64,000 nt of DNA from Gallionella sp. (GTDB lineage: Bacteria > Pseudomonadota > Gammaproteobacteria > Burkholderiales > Gallionellaceae). Below are positions 26,815 to 35,590 of this stretch, one piece after another (the stretch's first letter is position 1; each line of letters begins with the position of its first letter). Position numbers and translations under genes: made by a program. The notes under the pieces are model-generated. The model was given only the letters and a program-made list of their open reading frames with translations, had not been told where the DNA came from and did not search any database. Location: the NCBI GenBank assembly GCA_028699065.1, contig JAQVVH010000004.1:1589-65588 (forward strand), in the 5' to 3' direction.

Positions 26815-26836
26815 ACGGGGGGCTCCGGCCCCCTGT
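26815..26836 (+). terminator. Possible terminator hairpin after the MCP gene
   Basis: ACGGGGGG-CTCCGG-CCCCCTGT stem; weak U tract. Confidence 0.4.
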
Positions 26837-26862
26837 TCTGAACCAACTTTTAGGAGACTCAA

Positions 26863-27294
26863 ATGACTGCACCTACCAACCTGTCCAATGTCAACTGCGG
26901 CCCGGTCCAGCGCACCCAAGGCTCGATCAGCGGCACCTACACCGCCGCGACCGACGTATCCACCACGACCAACGCCTCGATCGCCGCCGGCGTCATGACC
27001 CTGACCCTCGGCTTCGTCCCGACGCGGTTCATGATCATGAACGTTACCGACCGAGTCAAGCAGGAGTGGTTCAAGGGGATGAACTCCGGCGACTACCTGG
27101 AGACGGCTGCCGATGGTACTGTGACGCTGGAAACCGATGACAAGGTCGTCGTGGCCATCCGCACCGGCGCCGGCGGCTCCGCCAGCCAGTCGGGCGGCTC
27201 TGCTGACACTTCAGCCAGTGGTGTCGTGACCGTCACGTTTGACTCCGGTATCGCCACGGACAACGACACTGTTGTTTGGGTCGCCGAAGGCTAA
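26863..27294 (+). CDS. Putative capsid decoration protein
   Basis: AGGAG RBS; beta-rich; follows the MCP. Confidence 0.55.
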   Translation: MTAPTNLSNVNCGPVQRTQGSISGTYTAATDVSTTTNASIAAGVMTLTLGFVPTRFMIMNVTDRVKQEWFKGMNSGDYLETAADGTVTLETDDKVVVAIRTGAGGSASQSGGSADTSASGVVTVTFDSGIATDNDTVVWVAEG

Positions 27295-27297
27295 GCC

Positions 27298-27573
27298 GTG
27301 GCCATGAAGTTCCGCATCGAAATTGAAGTCCTCGAAAATGGGTACGAAGTAGAAATCCCGGATATCGAGGCCTACAACAAGGCCGATGCGGCGGCCAAGA
27401 AAGACAAGAAGTCGTCCAGTATGGGGTGCTGCTCTCCGTACATGGGCGACTTCATGAAGGCCTACGCGGCCAAGACTGTCGAGGAGGTTCTCGCCTTGGT
27501 CAAGCCCGCGTTGAAGAACCTGCCACAGACGACCTTTGACGAGGCGTTCGCGGAAGCCGCGAAAATGAAGTAG
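27298..27573 (+). CDS. Hypothetical protein
   Basis: Clean ORF in the structural operon. Confidence 0.55.
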   Translation: MAMKFRIEIEVLENGYEVEIPDIEAYNKADAAAKKDKKSSSMGCCSPYMGDFMKAYAAKTVEEVLALVKPALKNLPQTTFDEAFAEAAKMK

Positions 27574-27609
27574 CATCTGACTCCACACACCTAATAACAG
27601 GAGCTTATC

Positions 27610-28155
27610 ATGACCCAAGCAAACGACGCCTTCGCCACACCCCAGACTGACGAGACCGACGCCCAGCGCCTCGCGCGCCTGCGCGCTCGCGCCGAACTGC
27701 AGGCCTCGCAGGAGTTCGACGAGGACGCCGTCTTCGCCAAGCTGCTTGCCGAGGCGCGCGACAAGCGCATGAAGGTGATCTCGGGCGACGAAGTCGTCCT
27801 CCCGACCGACACCAGCCAGCTCGCAGCCGACTACGACAGGATCAACATCTTCCGCGGCGGCAACAAGCAAGACCTGAACTACGTCCCGCTGGGCCTCGAC
27901 GGCCTGGTCATCAAGGTGCCACGCGGCGTCGACGTGATCCTGCCCCACGCCTTCGTGGCTGACTGCCTGGACCTGTGCGTCGAAGACACCACGACCCCCG
28001 CATTCGACGCCCGCGGGAACCTCTCTGGCGTCGAGATCCGGCCTGCCCACCGGTTCCCCTACAGCTTCAAGGGTAAGGCCACGCCGGAAGAGTACAGGGC
28101 ATTCCAGGCACAGCAGAAGGACAAGGCGCAGCGCGAGATCGCTCAGGCGGCGTAA
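27610..28155 (+). CDS. Hypothetical protein (head module)
   Basis: AGGAG RBS; strong GC3 bias. Confidence 0.65.
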   Translation: MTQANDAFATPQTDETDAQRLARLRARAELQASQEFDEDAVFAKLLAEARDKRMKVISGDEVVLPTDTSQLAADYDRINIFRGGNKQDLNYVPLGLDGLVIKVPRGVDVILPHAFVADCLDLCVEDTTTPAFDARGNLSGVEIRPAHRFPYSFKGKATPEEYRAFQAQQKDKAQREIAQAA

Positions 28156-28178
28156 GCTGTCAGGGCTAGGGGAACAGC

Positions 28179-28949
28179 ATGACGCTCGACGACATGCTCA
28201 CATACACGGCGTCAGAACTGCTTGACGACCGTACCGAGTTGGTCACCGGCGACAACGACGATTTGTGGTCGGATAGTTACCTTGTGCGCCAGTTTAACGA
28301 AGCCCAAAAAATCCTCTGCCGCCGTGCATGGGTCATCGTCGAGTACGGCAGCATCCCTGCTGGCAGCATCACGCTTCGCACGGGTGTCTCCGTCTATCCG
28401 CTGCATAAGTCAGTGCTCAGGGTGTATGACGGCACACCCACAACCCAAACTGCCCCCCTCGGCCGCACGGAAGACATAAACCTCCGCGACACCAGCGTCG
28501 TAACCCCCTACCCTGCCGACGCCTTTAACGCCGTCGAACTGGGTCAGGCCGCGAGCTTGGCCGGTGGGTTGGCGACATTATCCGGCGCCCCGCTCGCCTT
28601 TGCATCGGATGCCGCGTCGCGCACGCTGCGCGTGTTCCCGCCCCCGACCTCGACCCAGAACGGGGTAAAGGTTTACATGAAAGTCGCGCGGCTGCCGATC
28701 AAGGAACTCAGCCTCGACGACATGGACGCCGAGCCGGAAGTTCCCGCCGAATTCCACCTCCAGATCTGCGAGTACGCCGCAGGCAAGGCCCTGACGCTAC
28801 CCAACGTGGATGCCGACCAGAAGCCGGAGGGTCGGCGCCTGCTCGCCGCATTCGACCAGGTCGTGAAAGAAGCCAGGCAGGAACGCCAGCGCGCCGAAGC
28901 CAGTGCCTACCGCTGGAACTTCAGCAGCACGACCGCGGTACTGCGATAA
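28179..28949 (+). CDS. Putative head-tail adaptor protein
   Basis: WSD..L...NEAQ..LCRR N-terminus and P.EFH..I.EYA..KAL C-terminus typical of adaptor proteins. Confidence 0.6.
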   Translation: MTLDDMLTYTASELLDDRTELVTGDNDDLWSDSYLVRQFNEAQKILCRRAWVIVEYGSIPAGSITLRTGVSVYPLHKSVLRVYDGTPTTQTAPLGRTEDINLRDTSVVTPYPADAFNAVELGQAASLAGGLATLSGAPLAFASDAASRTLRVFPPPTSTQNGVKVYMKVARLPIKELSLDDMDAEPEVPAEFHLQICEYAAGKALTLPNVDADQKPEGRRLLAAFDQVVKEARQERQRAEASAYRWNFSSTTAVLR

Positions 28950-29563
28950 TGACGAAAGCCAACGACCCCTTTGCCGCAGAAAAGGCGTGTTCGAAGTGTG
29001 GCACAGTCAAAGCAATGCAACTATTTCCGAAAGCCGCGAACCGCGTAGATGGGCACGCGGCGCAATGTAAGATGTGTGCCGCGGAATGGGCTGCGCAGAA
29101 CTACATACGCAACACCAAGAAGATTCTGTCGCAGAATCTCGCATGGGCGGAAGCACACCCCGAAGCTCGCCGTAGAATCGGCCGGGAGTGGCGTAAAGAC
29201 AATCCCGAAGCCGCAAAAGCGTGGGTAGCGGAGAACGTAGAAAAACTTGCAGTGATTCGGGCGAGATGGAACAAAAAACACGCGCATAAGGTGGCAGCCT
29301 TCAGTAGTCGCCGTCGAGCCAGCAGGGTGCAGGCAACACCCGCATGGGCGAATCGTGACGCAATTAGCAGGATATATGCGACGGCCGCAGAGATGACTAT
29401 GCAGACAGGTGTTCAGTATCATGTCGACCATGTAATCCCACTGCGTTCTAAATTAGTATGTGGGCTACACGTCGAAACTAATTTCCAAATCCTTCCTGCG
29501 ACTGAAAACGCGAAGAAGGGCAATCGGCACTGGCCAGATATGCCGGGGGCGCCACATGAGTGA
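28949..29563 (+). CDS. HNH homing endonuclease (paralog B)
   Basis: CSKC..CKMC; YHVDHVIPL..VCGLHVETN. Confidence 0.88.
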   Translation: MTKANDPFAAEKACSKCGTVKAMQLFPKAANRVDGHAAQCKMCAAEWAAQNYIRNTKKILSQNLAWAEAHPEARRRIGREWRKDNPEAAKAWVAENVEKLAVIRARWNKKHAHKVAAFSSRRRASRVQATPAWANRDAISRIYATAAEMTMQTGVQYHVDHVIPLRSKLVCGLHVETNFQILPATENAKKGNRHWPDMPGAPHE

Positions 29564-30803
29564 GTATGCGGCAACAGTCGACGAACGTGAAGGACTCGAA
29601 GAATTTAGCTCATTCATGGGGCTCAGAAACAACGTTGACGCGGCTTCAATGGGGCGTGGTGACTTGGTCGATTGTATTAACTGCGACATTTTGGACGACC
29701 TCGGCGTCAGCCGCCGCAAAGGCTTCTCCTCCGCTCTGACCACCGCGATCGACCGATCCCTGTGGGCCTCGGGCGATGTCTGCCTCGGCGTCGGCTCGAA
29801 CAGCCTCAAACTTGTCAACCCTGACTATACAACCAAGACGCTGCTCACCGGACTCACCGCCGAACGGCCCCTCAGCTATACCGCCGTCGGCGACCGCGTG
29901 TTCTGGTCGAACGGCGCACAGAAGGGCGTCGTGCAGGATGGCGCGAACCGCTCGTGGGGTATCGACGTGCCCGACCTGGCAGCAGTCACCGCGGGGCCTG
30001 GATCGCTGCTACCGGGGCTCTACCAATACGCGGTGACGTATCTTCGCAGCGACGGGCAGGAAAGCGGCGCCAGCCTCGCCGGCACCATCACCCTGACCGC
30101 CGCTGGCGGCATCGAACTGACAGCAATAGCCGTATCGACCGACCCTTCCGTGAGTTATAAGGCCATCTACGCCTCTTCAGTCGGCGGTGAGACCCTGTAC
30201 CAGGCCGGCGTGATCGCCAATGCAGCAACGGCATTCGCTATTCGCGAACCGCGAATGGGCGCGTCGCCACTGCTCACCCAGTTCCTTCAGCCGCCGCCCG
30301 CCGGCGAGCACATCGCCTACCAGAATGGCTACATGCTGGTAGCCAACGGGGTGCGGCTCTACCCGAGCGAGCCCTACGCGCCCGAACTGTTCGACTACCG
30401 CAAGGCCCTGCCGTTCCTCGGCCGCGTCACCATGGTCGCACCCGTCAAGGGCGGCGTGTGGATCGGGCTCGACAACCAGGTCGGGTGGCTCTCCGGCGAC
30501 ACCCCCGAGGCGTGGGACTTCAAGGTTGTAGCCGACTACGGCGTGATCCCCGGAACGCTCTGGTTCGCAGATGCTGGCGTGATCGGCGACGGGCAGGCTA
30601 CCGGTGAGATGGTCGCGCTGTTCGCGTCGAAGCGCGGGCTGTGCACCGGGTTCCCCGGCGGCCGGCTCGTGAATTTAACGGAGTCGCGCTTCGCCTACCC
30701 TGTGATGGATGTTGGCGCCGGCATCGTGCGGCGCCACCGCGGCACGAATCAATTCCTAGTGACCCTGCAAGGCACTGAGACGGCGGGCAACATTGCAACA
30801 TGA
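29556..30803 (+). CDS. Putative tail nozzle/tubular protein
   Basis: Beta-rich 415 aa after the adaptor; start at MSEYAATV. Confidence 0.5.
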   Translation: MSEYAATVDEREGLEEFSSFMGLRNNVDAASMGRGDLVDCINCDILDDLGVSRRKGFSSALTTAIDRSLWASGDVCLGVGSNSLKLVNPDYTTKTLLTGLTAERPLSYTAVGDRVFWSNGAQKGVVQDGANRSWGIDVPDLAAVTAGPGSLLPGLYQYAVTYLRSDGQESGASLAGTITLTAAGGIELTAIAVSTDPSVSYKAIYASSVGGETLYQAGVIANAATAFAIREPRMGASPLLTQFLQPPPAGEHIAYQNGYMLVANGVRLYPSEPYAPELFDYRKALPFLGRVTMVAPVKGGVWIGLDNQVGWLSGDTPEAWDFKVVADYGVIPGTLWFADAGVIGDGQATGEMVALFASKRGLCTGFPGGRLVNLTESRFAYPVMDVGAGIVRRHRGTNQFLVTLQGTETAGNIAT

Positions 30804-30812
30804 TACAATAGA
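30801..30812 (+). promoter_or_regulatory. TGATACAATAGA extended -10 motif, copy 1
   Basis: TGnTACAAT; identical 12-mer at 35554 and 46965. Confidence 0.6.
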
Positions 30813-30848
30813 GCAGTACCCCTCAACACATCTAAAAGGAGCACTACC

Positions 30849-31673
30849 ATGGCGCTACGTTTCTCTTCTGCAATGCAGAATTTCATCGCCGAAAACGGTT
30901 CGTGGAAAGACGCCATGGACAACGGCTCGATCGAAATCTACACCGGCACGCAGCCGGCCACCCCTGACCTCGCACCGACCGGAACCCTGCTTGTCACGCT
31001 GACCTCCAGCGCTGGCGCCAAGACGAACGAAGTCCGCCCGGTCGGTGTCGTAACCCTGGCCGGTGGAACGACTACCGGCGACGATGTGACTGCCCTCACC
31101 ATCAAGACTGTCGACGTTCTAGGCGGCACGGTTGCTTGGAACAGTTCGCTGACGCAGACGGCAACCGACTGCGCTCTGGCGATCAACCGCAACCCGAAAA
31201 ACAAGTGGGTTGTGGCGACATCATCCGGTGCCGTTATCACCCTCACTGGCCTCCCCGGCGTTGGCGCGCTGCTGAACAGCGCTGCTCTTGCCTGCACTGG
31301 CGCAGGCAGCATGTCTCCGACTATCACCAGCACCACGTTCGGCTCCAGCACTGGCGGCGGCGTGGTTGGTGTGGACGCCATCAACGGCCTGCGGATCGAC
31401 TACAACGCCGCGGCTGGTGTCGTGACCAAGGATGTCACGCAGACGTGGTCTGGCACTGCAGTCGGTGCCGGTACTCAGACGGCCGGGTGGTTTCGCTTCA
31501 AAGGGGCTGTGGTCGACGCTGGCGCGCTGGATAATGCAACACCGCCTGTGTTTCTGCGTTTTGATGGCGCGATTGCAACCTCTGGGTCGCAGATGAACAT
31601 GAGTTCGACCTCCATCACCAACGGGGCGCTACAGACGCTTTCTACTTTTTCGTTCACGGTGCCTGCGGCCTAG
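30849..31673 (+). CDS. Virion structural protein
   Basis: MALRFS...IEIYTGTQPA.PD.A.TGTLL pattern seen in phage structural proteins; AAGGAG RBS. Confidence 0.6.
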   Translation: MALRFSSAMQNFIAENGSWKDAMDNGSIEIYTGTQPATPDLAPTGTLLVTLTSSAGAKTNEVRPVGVVTLAGGTTTGDDVTALTIKTVDVLGGTVAWNSSLTQTATDCALAINRNPKNKWVVATSSGAVITLTGLPGVGALLNSAALACTGAGSMSPTITSTTFGSSTGGGVVGVDAINGLRIDYNAAAGVVTKDVTQTWSGTAVGAGTQTAGWFRFKGAVVDAGALDNATPPVFLRFDGAIATSGSQMNMSSTSITNGALQTLSTFSFTVPAA

Positions 31674-31701
31674 TAATAGCTAATCTGATTCGGGGTGATA
31701 T

Positions 31702-32274
31702 ATGGACACGCGAGTGTGCATAGAGTGCGGTATCGTAAAGCCGCTGGATGAGTTTTATCCTCGCCCCGACACGAAGGCTGGGTATCGCCCTGCCTGTAAG
31801 CGGTGTTGGAATATTAAGCGGGCCGCAAGTGAAAAGGCGCGTGGGGTATACAAAACACGCCGGGAGTATTATGCCAGGCGGTTTGTAGAGAATAGAGAAC
31901 GACTTACGGCTTTGGATACTCTATGGAAGAGGGCCAACCGGACGAAAGCCGTTACATACGCGAACAATTGGAGGCTCGCGAATAAAGCAAAAGCTAATGC
32001 CATCACCAGTAGTAGGCGAGCCAAAAAGAAGAACGCTACCCCCGCATGGGCGAATAAGTTCTTCATTGAGGAAATTTATGAACTCGCCCGGTTGCGTACT
32101 GAGCAGAAGACTGGTGGAGTGAATGATTGGCATGTTGACCACATTGTTCCGTTGAAGAGCGATATAGTATGTGGGCTCCATTGCGAAGCGAATCTCCAAG
32201 TAATTCCGGCGAAAATGAACCAGAGTAAAAAGAACTATTGGTGGCCCGACATGCCCGGAGTAGCAAATGGCTGA
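31702..32274 (+). CDS. HNH homing endonuclease (paralog C)
   Basis: CIEC..CKRC; WHVDHIVPL..VCGLHCEANLQVIPA..N. Confidence 0.88.
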   Translation: MDTRVCIECGIVKPLDEFYPRPDTKAGYRPACKRCWNIKRAASEKARGVYKTRREYYARRFVENRERLTALDTLWKRANRTKAVTYANNWRLANKAKANAITSSRRAKKKNATPAWANKFFIEEIYELARLRTEQKTGGVNDWHVDHIVPLKSDIVCGLHCEANLQVIPAKMNQSKKNYWWPDMPGVANG

Positions 32275-33607
32275 TAACACCCTATGGGCTGATGGCCTAG
32301 TTCTCCCGACGCCTACACTGGTGTCGGGAGATAATTGGACCGTTGCGCTTACCGCACCGGCAATTACCACCAGCACAACCACGATCGACGCGATTCTCAC
32401 TGCGCCGACTGCTACACTCACGTCCAATTTCGGTCTGGAATCAGAACTAAGTGCACCGGCCCCAATCCTTGCATCTAGCTTTGGGGATATGGCGATACTC
32501 AGCGCGCCGGCCCCAATCTTGTCATCCGGCTTCGGCCTGGAATCGGAACTCAGCGCGCCGCCCATAACTCTGGCATCGGGGTCAAACGGAGCTACCGGCC
32601 TCGCTGCCGCACCGACCCTCATATCGACGTGCGTCGCCAGTTGGCCGATGTTCCTGGATATGCCCATCCCGGTGCCATTGCTTGTAGCGAGCGGAGTCTG
32701 CGGTGAGGTTCTCACCTTCGTCAATTCCGCGCCAGTGCCCACCATCGTTCTGGGGGTAACGCAGTGCGACAACGCCATACCGGTGCCAGTCCTAGCGGCT
32801 ACCGTCCTGTCTGGCACGATCATCACGGTTTCCGCCGCATCGCCTACCCCCATACTCGCTGCTACGCTCAGTAATCCTGCGATCATCACGGCGGCCAACA
32901 GCGCAGCCGTGCCGCAGCTCGCTGCTGCGATGGCGGCAGGCAACATCATCACGGCAGCGCTACTGGCCCGCATGCCACGGCTCGCCGCGCAGGGGCTGAC
33001 CGGTCGCGTCGGCACAGCACTACTCACGGCGGCAACGCCTATCATGGAAGCCGCCGGGTATCCGGCCTACACCATCACGTTCGCCGGCACCGCGCCGCTG
33101 CCGCAGATGGGCGCCGCCCTGGGCGCCACCATCGCAGCCGCGTACCGGACATGGTGCCTGAATCTCCGGCGCGGCGCACTCACCGAGTACGACGGATTCG
33201 CATTCAACAGCTTCGCCGTGTTCAACGGGGTGGTGTTGGCCGCAGGCCCTGCCGGCGTGTTCTCGCTCGGCACCCAAGGCACCGACGCCGGAACCGCCAT
33301 CACCGGCCGCGTCAAGACCGGGCAGGACGCCTTCGGCGAATCGGTGCACAAGCGCGTGCCGCGTCTCTACGTGGGGTACGACACCGACGGCGACATGCTG
33401 TTCCGCGTCATCACGACGGAAGGCGGGTCGCGTACATACTCGCTCCCCGACAACCATGTTCGTGGTATCCAGCAGCGCCGTGTCCCTATTGGCAAGGGCG
33501 TGAAAAGCCGGTACTTCCAGTTCGAACTGGAGAACGTCGCCGGCGCCGACTTCTCCATATCCGACGTCCTCGCGTACCCGACCCGTCTCCGCCGCCGGGT
33601 GATATAG
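32267..33607 (+). CDS. Putative tail protein with N-terminal SAPAP repeats
   Basis: ESELSAPAPIL-like repeats; beta-rich C-terminal domain. Confidence 0.55.
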   Translation: MADNTLWADGLVLPTPTLVSGDNWTVALTAPAITTSTTTIDAILTAPTATLTSNFGLESELSAPAPILASSFGDMAILSAPAPILSSGFGLESELSAPPITLASGSNGATGLAAAPTLISTCVASWPMFLDMPIPVPLLVASGVCGEVLTFVNSAPVPTIVLGVTQCDNAIPVPVLAATVLSGTIITVSAASPTPILAATLSNPAIITAANSAAVPQLAAAMAAGNIITAALLARMPRLAAQGLTGRVGTALLTAATPIMEAAGYPAYTITFAGTAPLPQMGAALGATIAAAYRTWCLNLRRGALTEYDGFAFNSFAVFNGVVLAAGPAGVFSLGTQGTDAGTAITGRVKTGQDAFGESVHKRVPRLYVGYDTDGDMLFRVITTEGGSRTYSLPDNHVRGIQQRRVPIGKGVKSRYFQFELENVAGADFSISDVLAYPTRLRRRVI

Positions 33608-35556
33608 TGCCCACCCTCCAGTTCCTGTCCTCAGAGGCCGACGATGCCAAGTGGCTCATCTGGGGCAAGATATTGCATGCCAAGGGTACGCGCGGAAATA
33701 AGTTCCCCGATCCGAATGTGCTGGTCAAGATCACCGATCATAGCGTACTCGTGAAGCGGTTCCCGCAGGCGTTCTACTACACCGGTAACGTCGCTGCGCC
33801 GTGTCAGTGCCGGCGTTTGGCTATTATCATACAAGCGCCATCTATCCCGACGGCCGTCCTGACCGTCGAGAACAGCGTTACGTCAGCCGTCGATGGAGGC
33901 ATCATCAATACATACGATGCAGTGGCTCGTGTAGGTGGAGTGGAAGTAGGACGGGTCAGCGGGGCTGCAACGACCCTGTGGGGGAACGCAAGTGACCCTG
34001 ACGGCGTGGTGGCTGTGCGCACGATGACTAATCGGCCAGGCATGTCAGCAACTGCGCATTCCGGCCCCAAACCGTCGGTGTATGCGCTTCTATCGTCAGA
34101 GCCTACATACGCTCGCTTTGGGACGTGGCCAGGCAGTTTTTATTACGACGTGGTCGCGTACAACGATTACTGGACTACACCTTTCGACGCAGCAATAGAA
34201 GCGCTACTACTCTCCGTGCAAGATGGCCAGCGCACCTTAATCCTCCTCTCCGACGGCACCCAGCTCGCCAGCATCCCCTACACCGACGATGGTGCGGGGA
34301 ACAAGACGAACTATCCGCAGATTACAACATGGAGCGGAGACGGCTGGATTCAGTTGTTCAACACGTCGGATAACGGGGCGCACTGGACGGCGGGGGATCG
34401 AGTAAATTTTACGGTTCCTACCGATGCTTGTCTTTCCATTAGTTCAGCACCTTCATTGCCAACTGGCGCAGCCACATCACTTCCGACATGGGCCGCAGAT
34501 TGGGCGGCAGCGCAAGCCGTCGCTACAACTCGCGAACGCGCCAGAGTCAAACTATGCGCTGATAACCTGAAAGCCAACCTCAAGGCCGGCGCGCTGCAAG
34601 ACCAGATCAAGTCGGTGATGCGATCCAATCACCCAATTTCAGCAAACACCTACCAGAAAGCCTTGATGACAGCAGTGGTCGTTAATGGCAGTTCGGGTTC
34701 CGGCGACGACATCACGAATACCAAGACGGTCACACTGAGCTATCAGAGCACAGACGGCGATGGAAACCCAATCACATTACAGGAAGTAGTTACCGGCACG
34801 CAGCACGTCGTCACCACCCGCTGCGCGAACAGTTCTGGCGCGCCGAACGCTGTCAGCTATGTCACAACGACCTACACGAACTGGCTACCAACGAGTACGA
34901 CTGGCGATACCGGCACCGCGCTTGACTACACATATCAACTCGACAACACGCACGGCCTGGCGCAGATGTGGAATGGCGTCGTAGTTACGGGGGCAGCAAC
35001 TATCGCGGCGACGTTCGACAGTCTAGGGGGTCTTTACTCGCCGCCCTATCCACAGTCGTCTGACAGCCGAACCTACTCGTACCCGCAGCTCTACATTGAC
35101 TACCGCGCGGCGACTGCTCGCTTGTACAAAGTCGGAAGTTGGAACACGAACTGGCTCGATTCTTGTTTCAAGAACGGAGAAACAATCGATCTGTTCCCCC
35201 TCTCAGTGATCCATGATGACCTCGGCGACCTCGGCATGTTCCCGCAGGCGGCGGACATTACGGACACATCGAAGCTGGCGCTGCAAGCCGACATGAAGGC
35301 GACGTTCAAGTACGACTATAAGACTGGGGGCTGGACGGGTAGTGGTGCGAACCTGAAGGACACGAACCAGAACGACACGACGATTTCAATCCCATATCAA
35401 GCCGGTGCCAACATGGTGTTCCGCTCGCGAACAACCCCATGGGCTGACGTGGCTACAGACTCCCCGCTCACCGACGCTTCATACAAAGGCCAAGCCGCAG
35501 CGATCAAGGCGACCCCAGGCGACTATCCGCTCTTCGTCCCGTTACTAACTTCGTGA
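33607..35556 (+). CDS. Hypothetical virion-associated protein (649 aa)
   Basis: GTG start overlapping upstream TAG; Thr/Ser/Asp-rich, lower GC; the track ORF extension to 33151 overlaps the previous gene. Confidence 0.55.
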   Translation: MPTLQFLSSEADDAKWLIWGKILHAKGTRGNKFPDPNVLVKITDHSVLVKRFPQAFYYTGNVAAPCQCRRLAIIIQAPSIPTAVLTVENSVTSAVDGGIINTYDAVARVGGVEVGRVSGAATTLWGNASDPDGVVAVRTMTNRPGMSATAHSGPKPSVYALLSSEPTYARFGTWPGSFYYDVVAYNDYWTTPFDAAIEALLLSVQDGQRTLILLSDGTQLASIPYTDDGAGNKTNYPQITTWSGDGWIQLFNTSDNGAHWTAGDRVNFTVPTDACLSISSAPSLPTGAATSLPTWAADWAAAQAVATTRERARVKLCADNLKANLKAGALQDQIKSVMRSNHPISANTYQKALMTAVVVNGSSGSGDDITNTKTVTLSYQSTDGDGNPITLQEVVTGTQHVVTTRCANSSGAPNAVSYVTTTYTNWLPTSTTGDTGTALDYTYQLDNTHGLAQMWNGVVVTGAATIAATFDSLGGLYSPPYPQSSDSRTYSYPQLYIDYRAATARLYKVGSWNTNWLDSCFKNGETIDLFPLSVIHDDLGDLGMFPQAADITDTSKLALQADMKATFKYDYKTGGWTGSGANLKDTNQNDTTISIPYQAGANMVFRSRTTPWADVATDSPLTDASYKGQAAAIKATPGDYPLFVPLLTS

Positions 35557-35565
35557 TACAATAGA
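35554..35565 (+). promoter_or_regulatory. TGATACAATAGA extended -10 motif, copy 2
   Basis: Identical 12-mer; TGA is the stop of the upstream gene. Confidence 0.6.
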
Positions 35566-35590
35566 ACAATAGGCCAAAGGAGCCTTCAGG

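Noticed and set aside
33151-33606. N-terminal extension of the 801-aa track ORF
   Set aside because: It overlaps the real gene 32267-33607 in another frame and is Arg-rich noise; a GTG at 33607 overlaps the upstream stop
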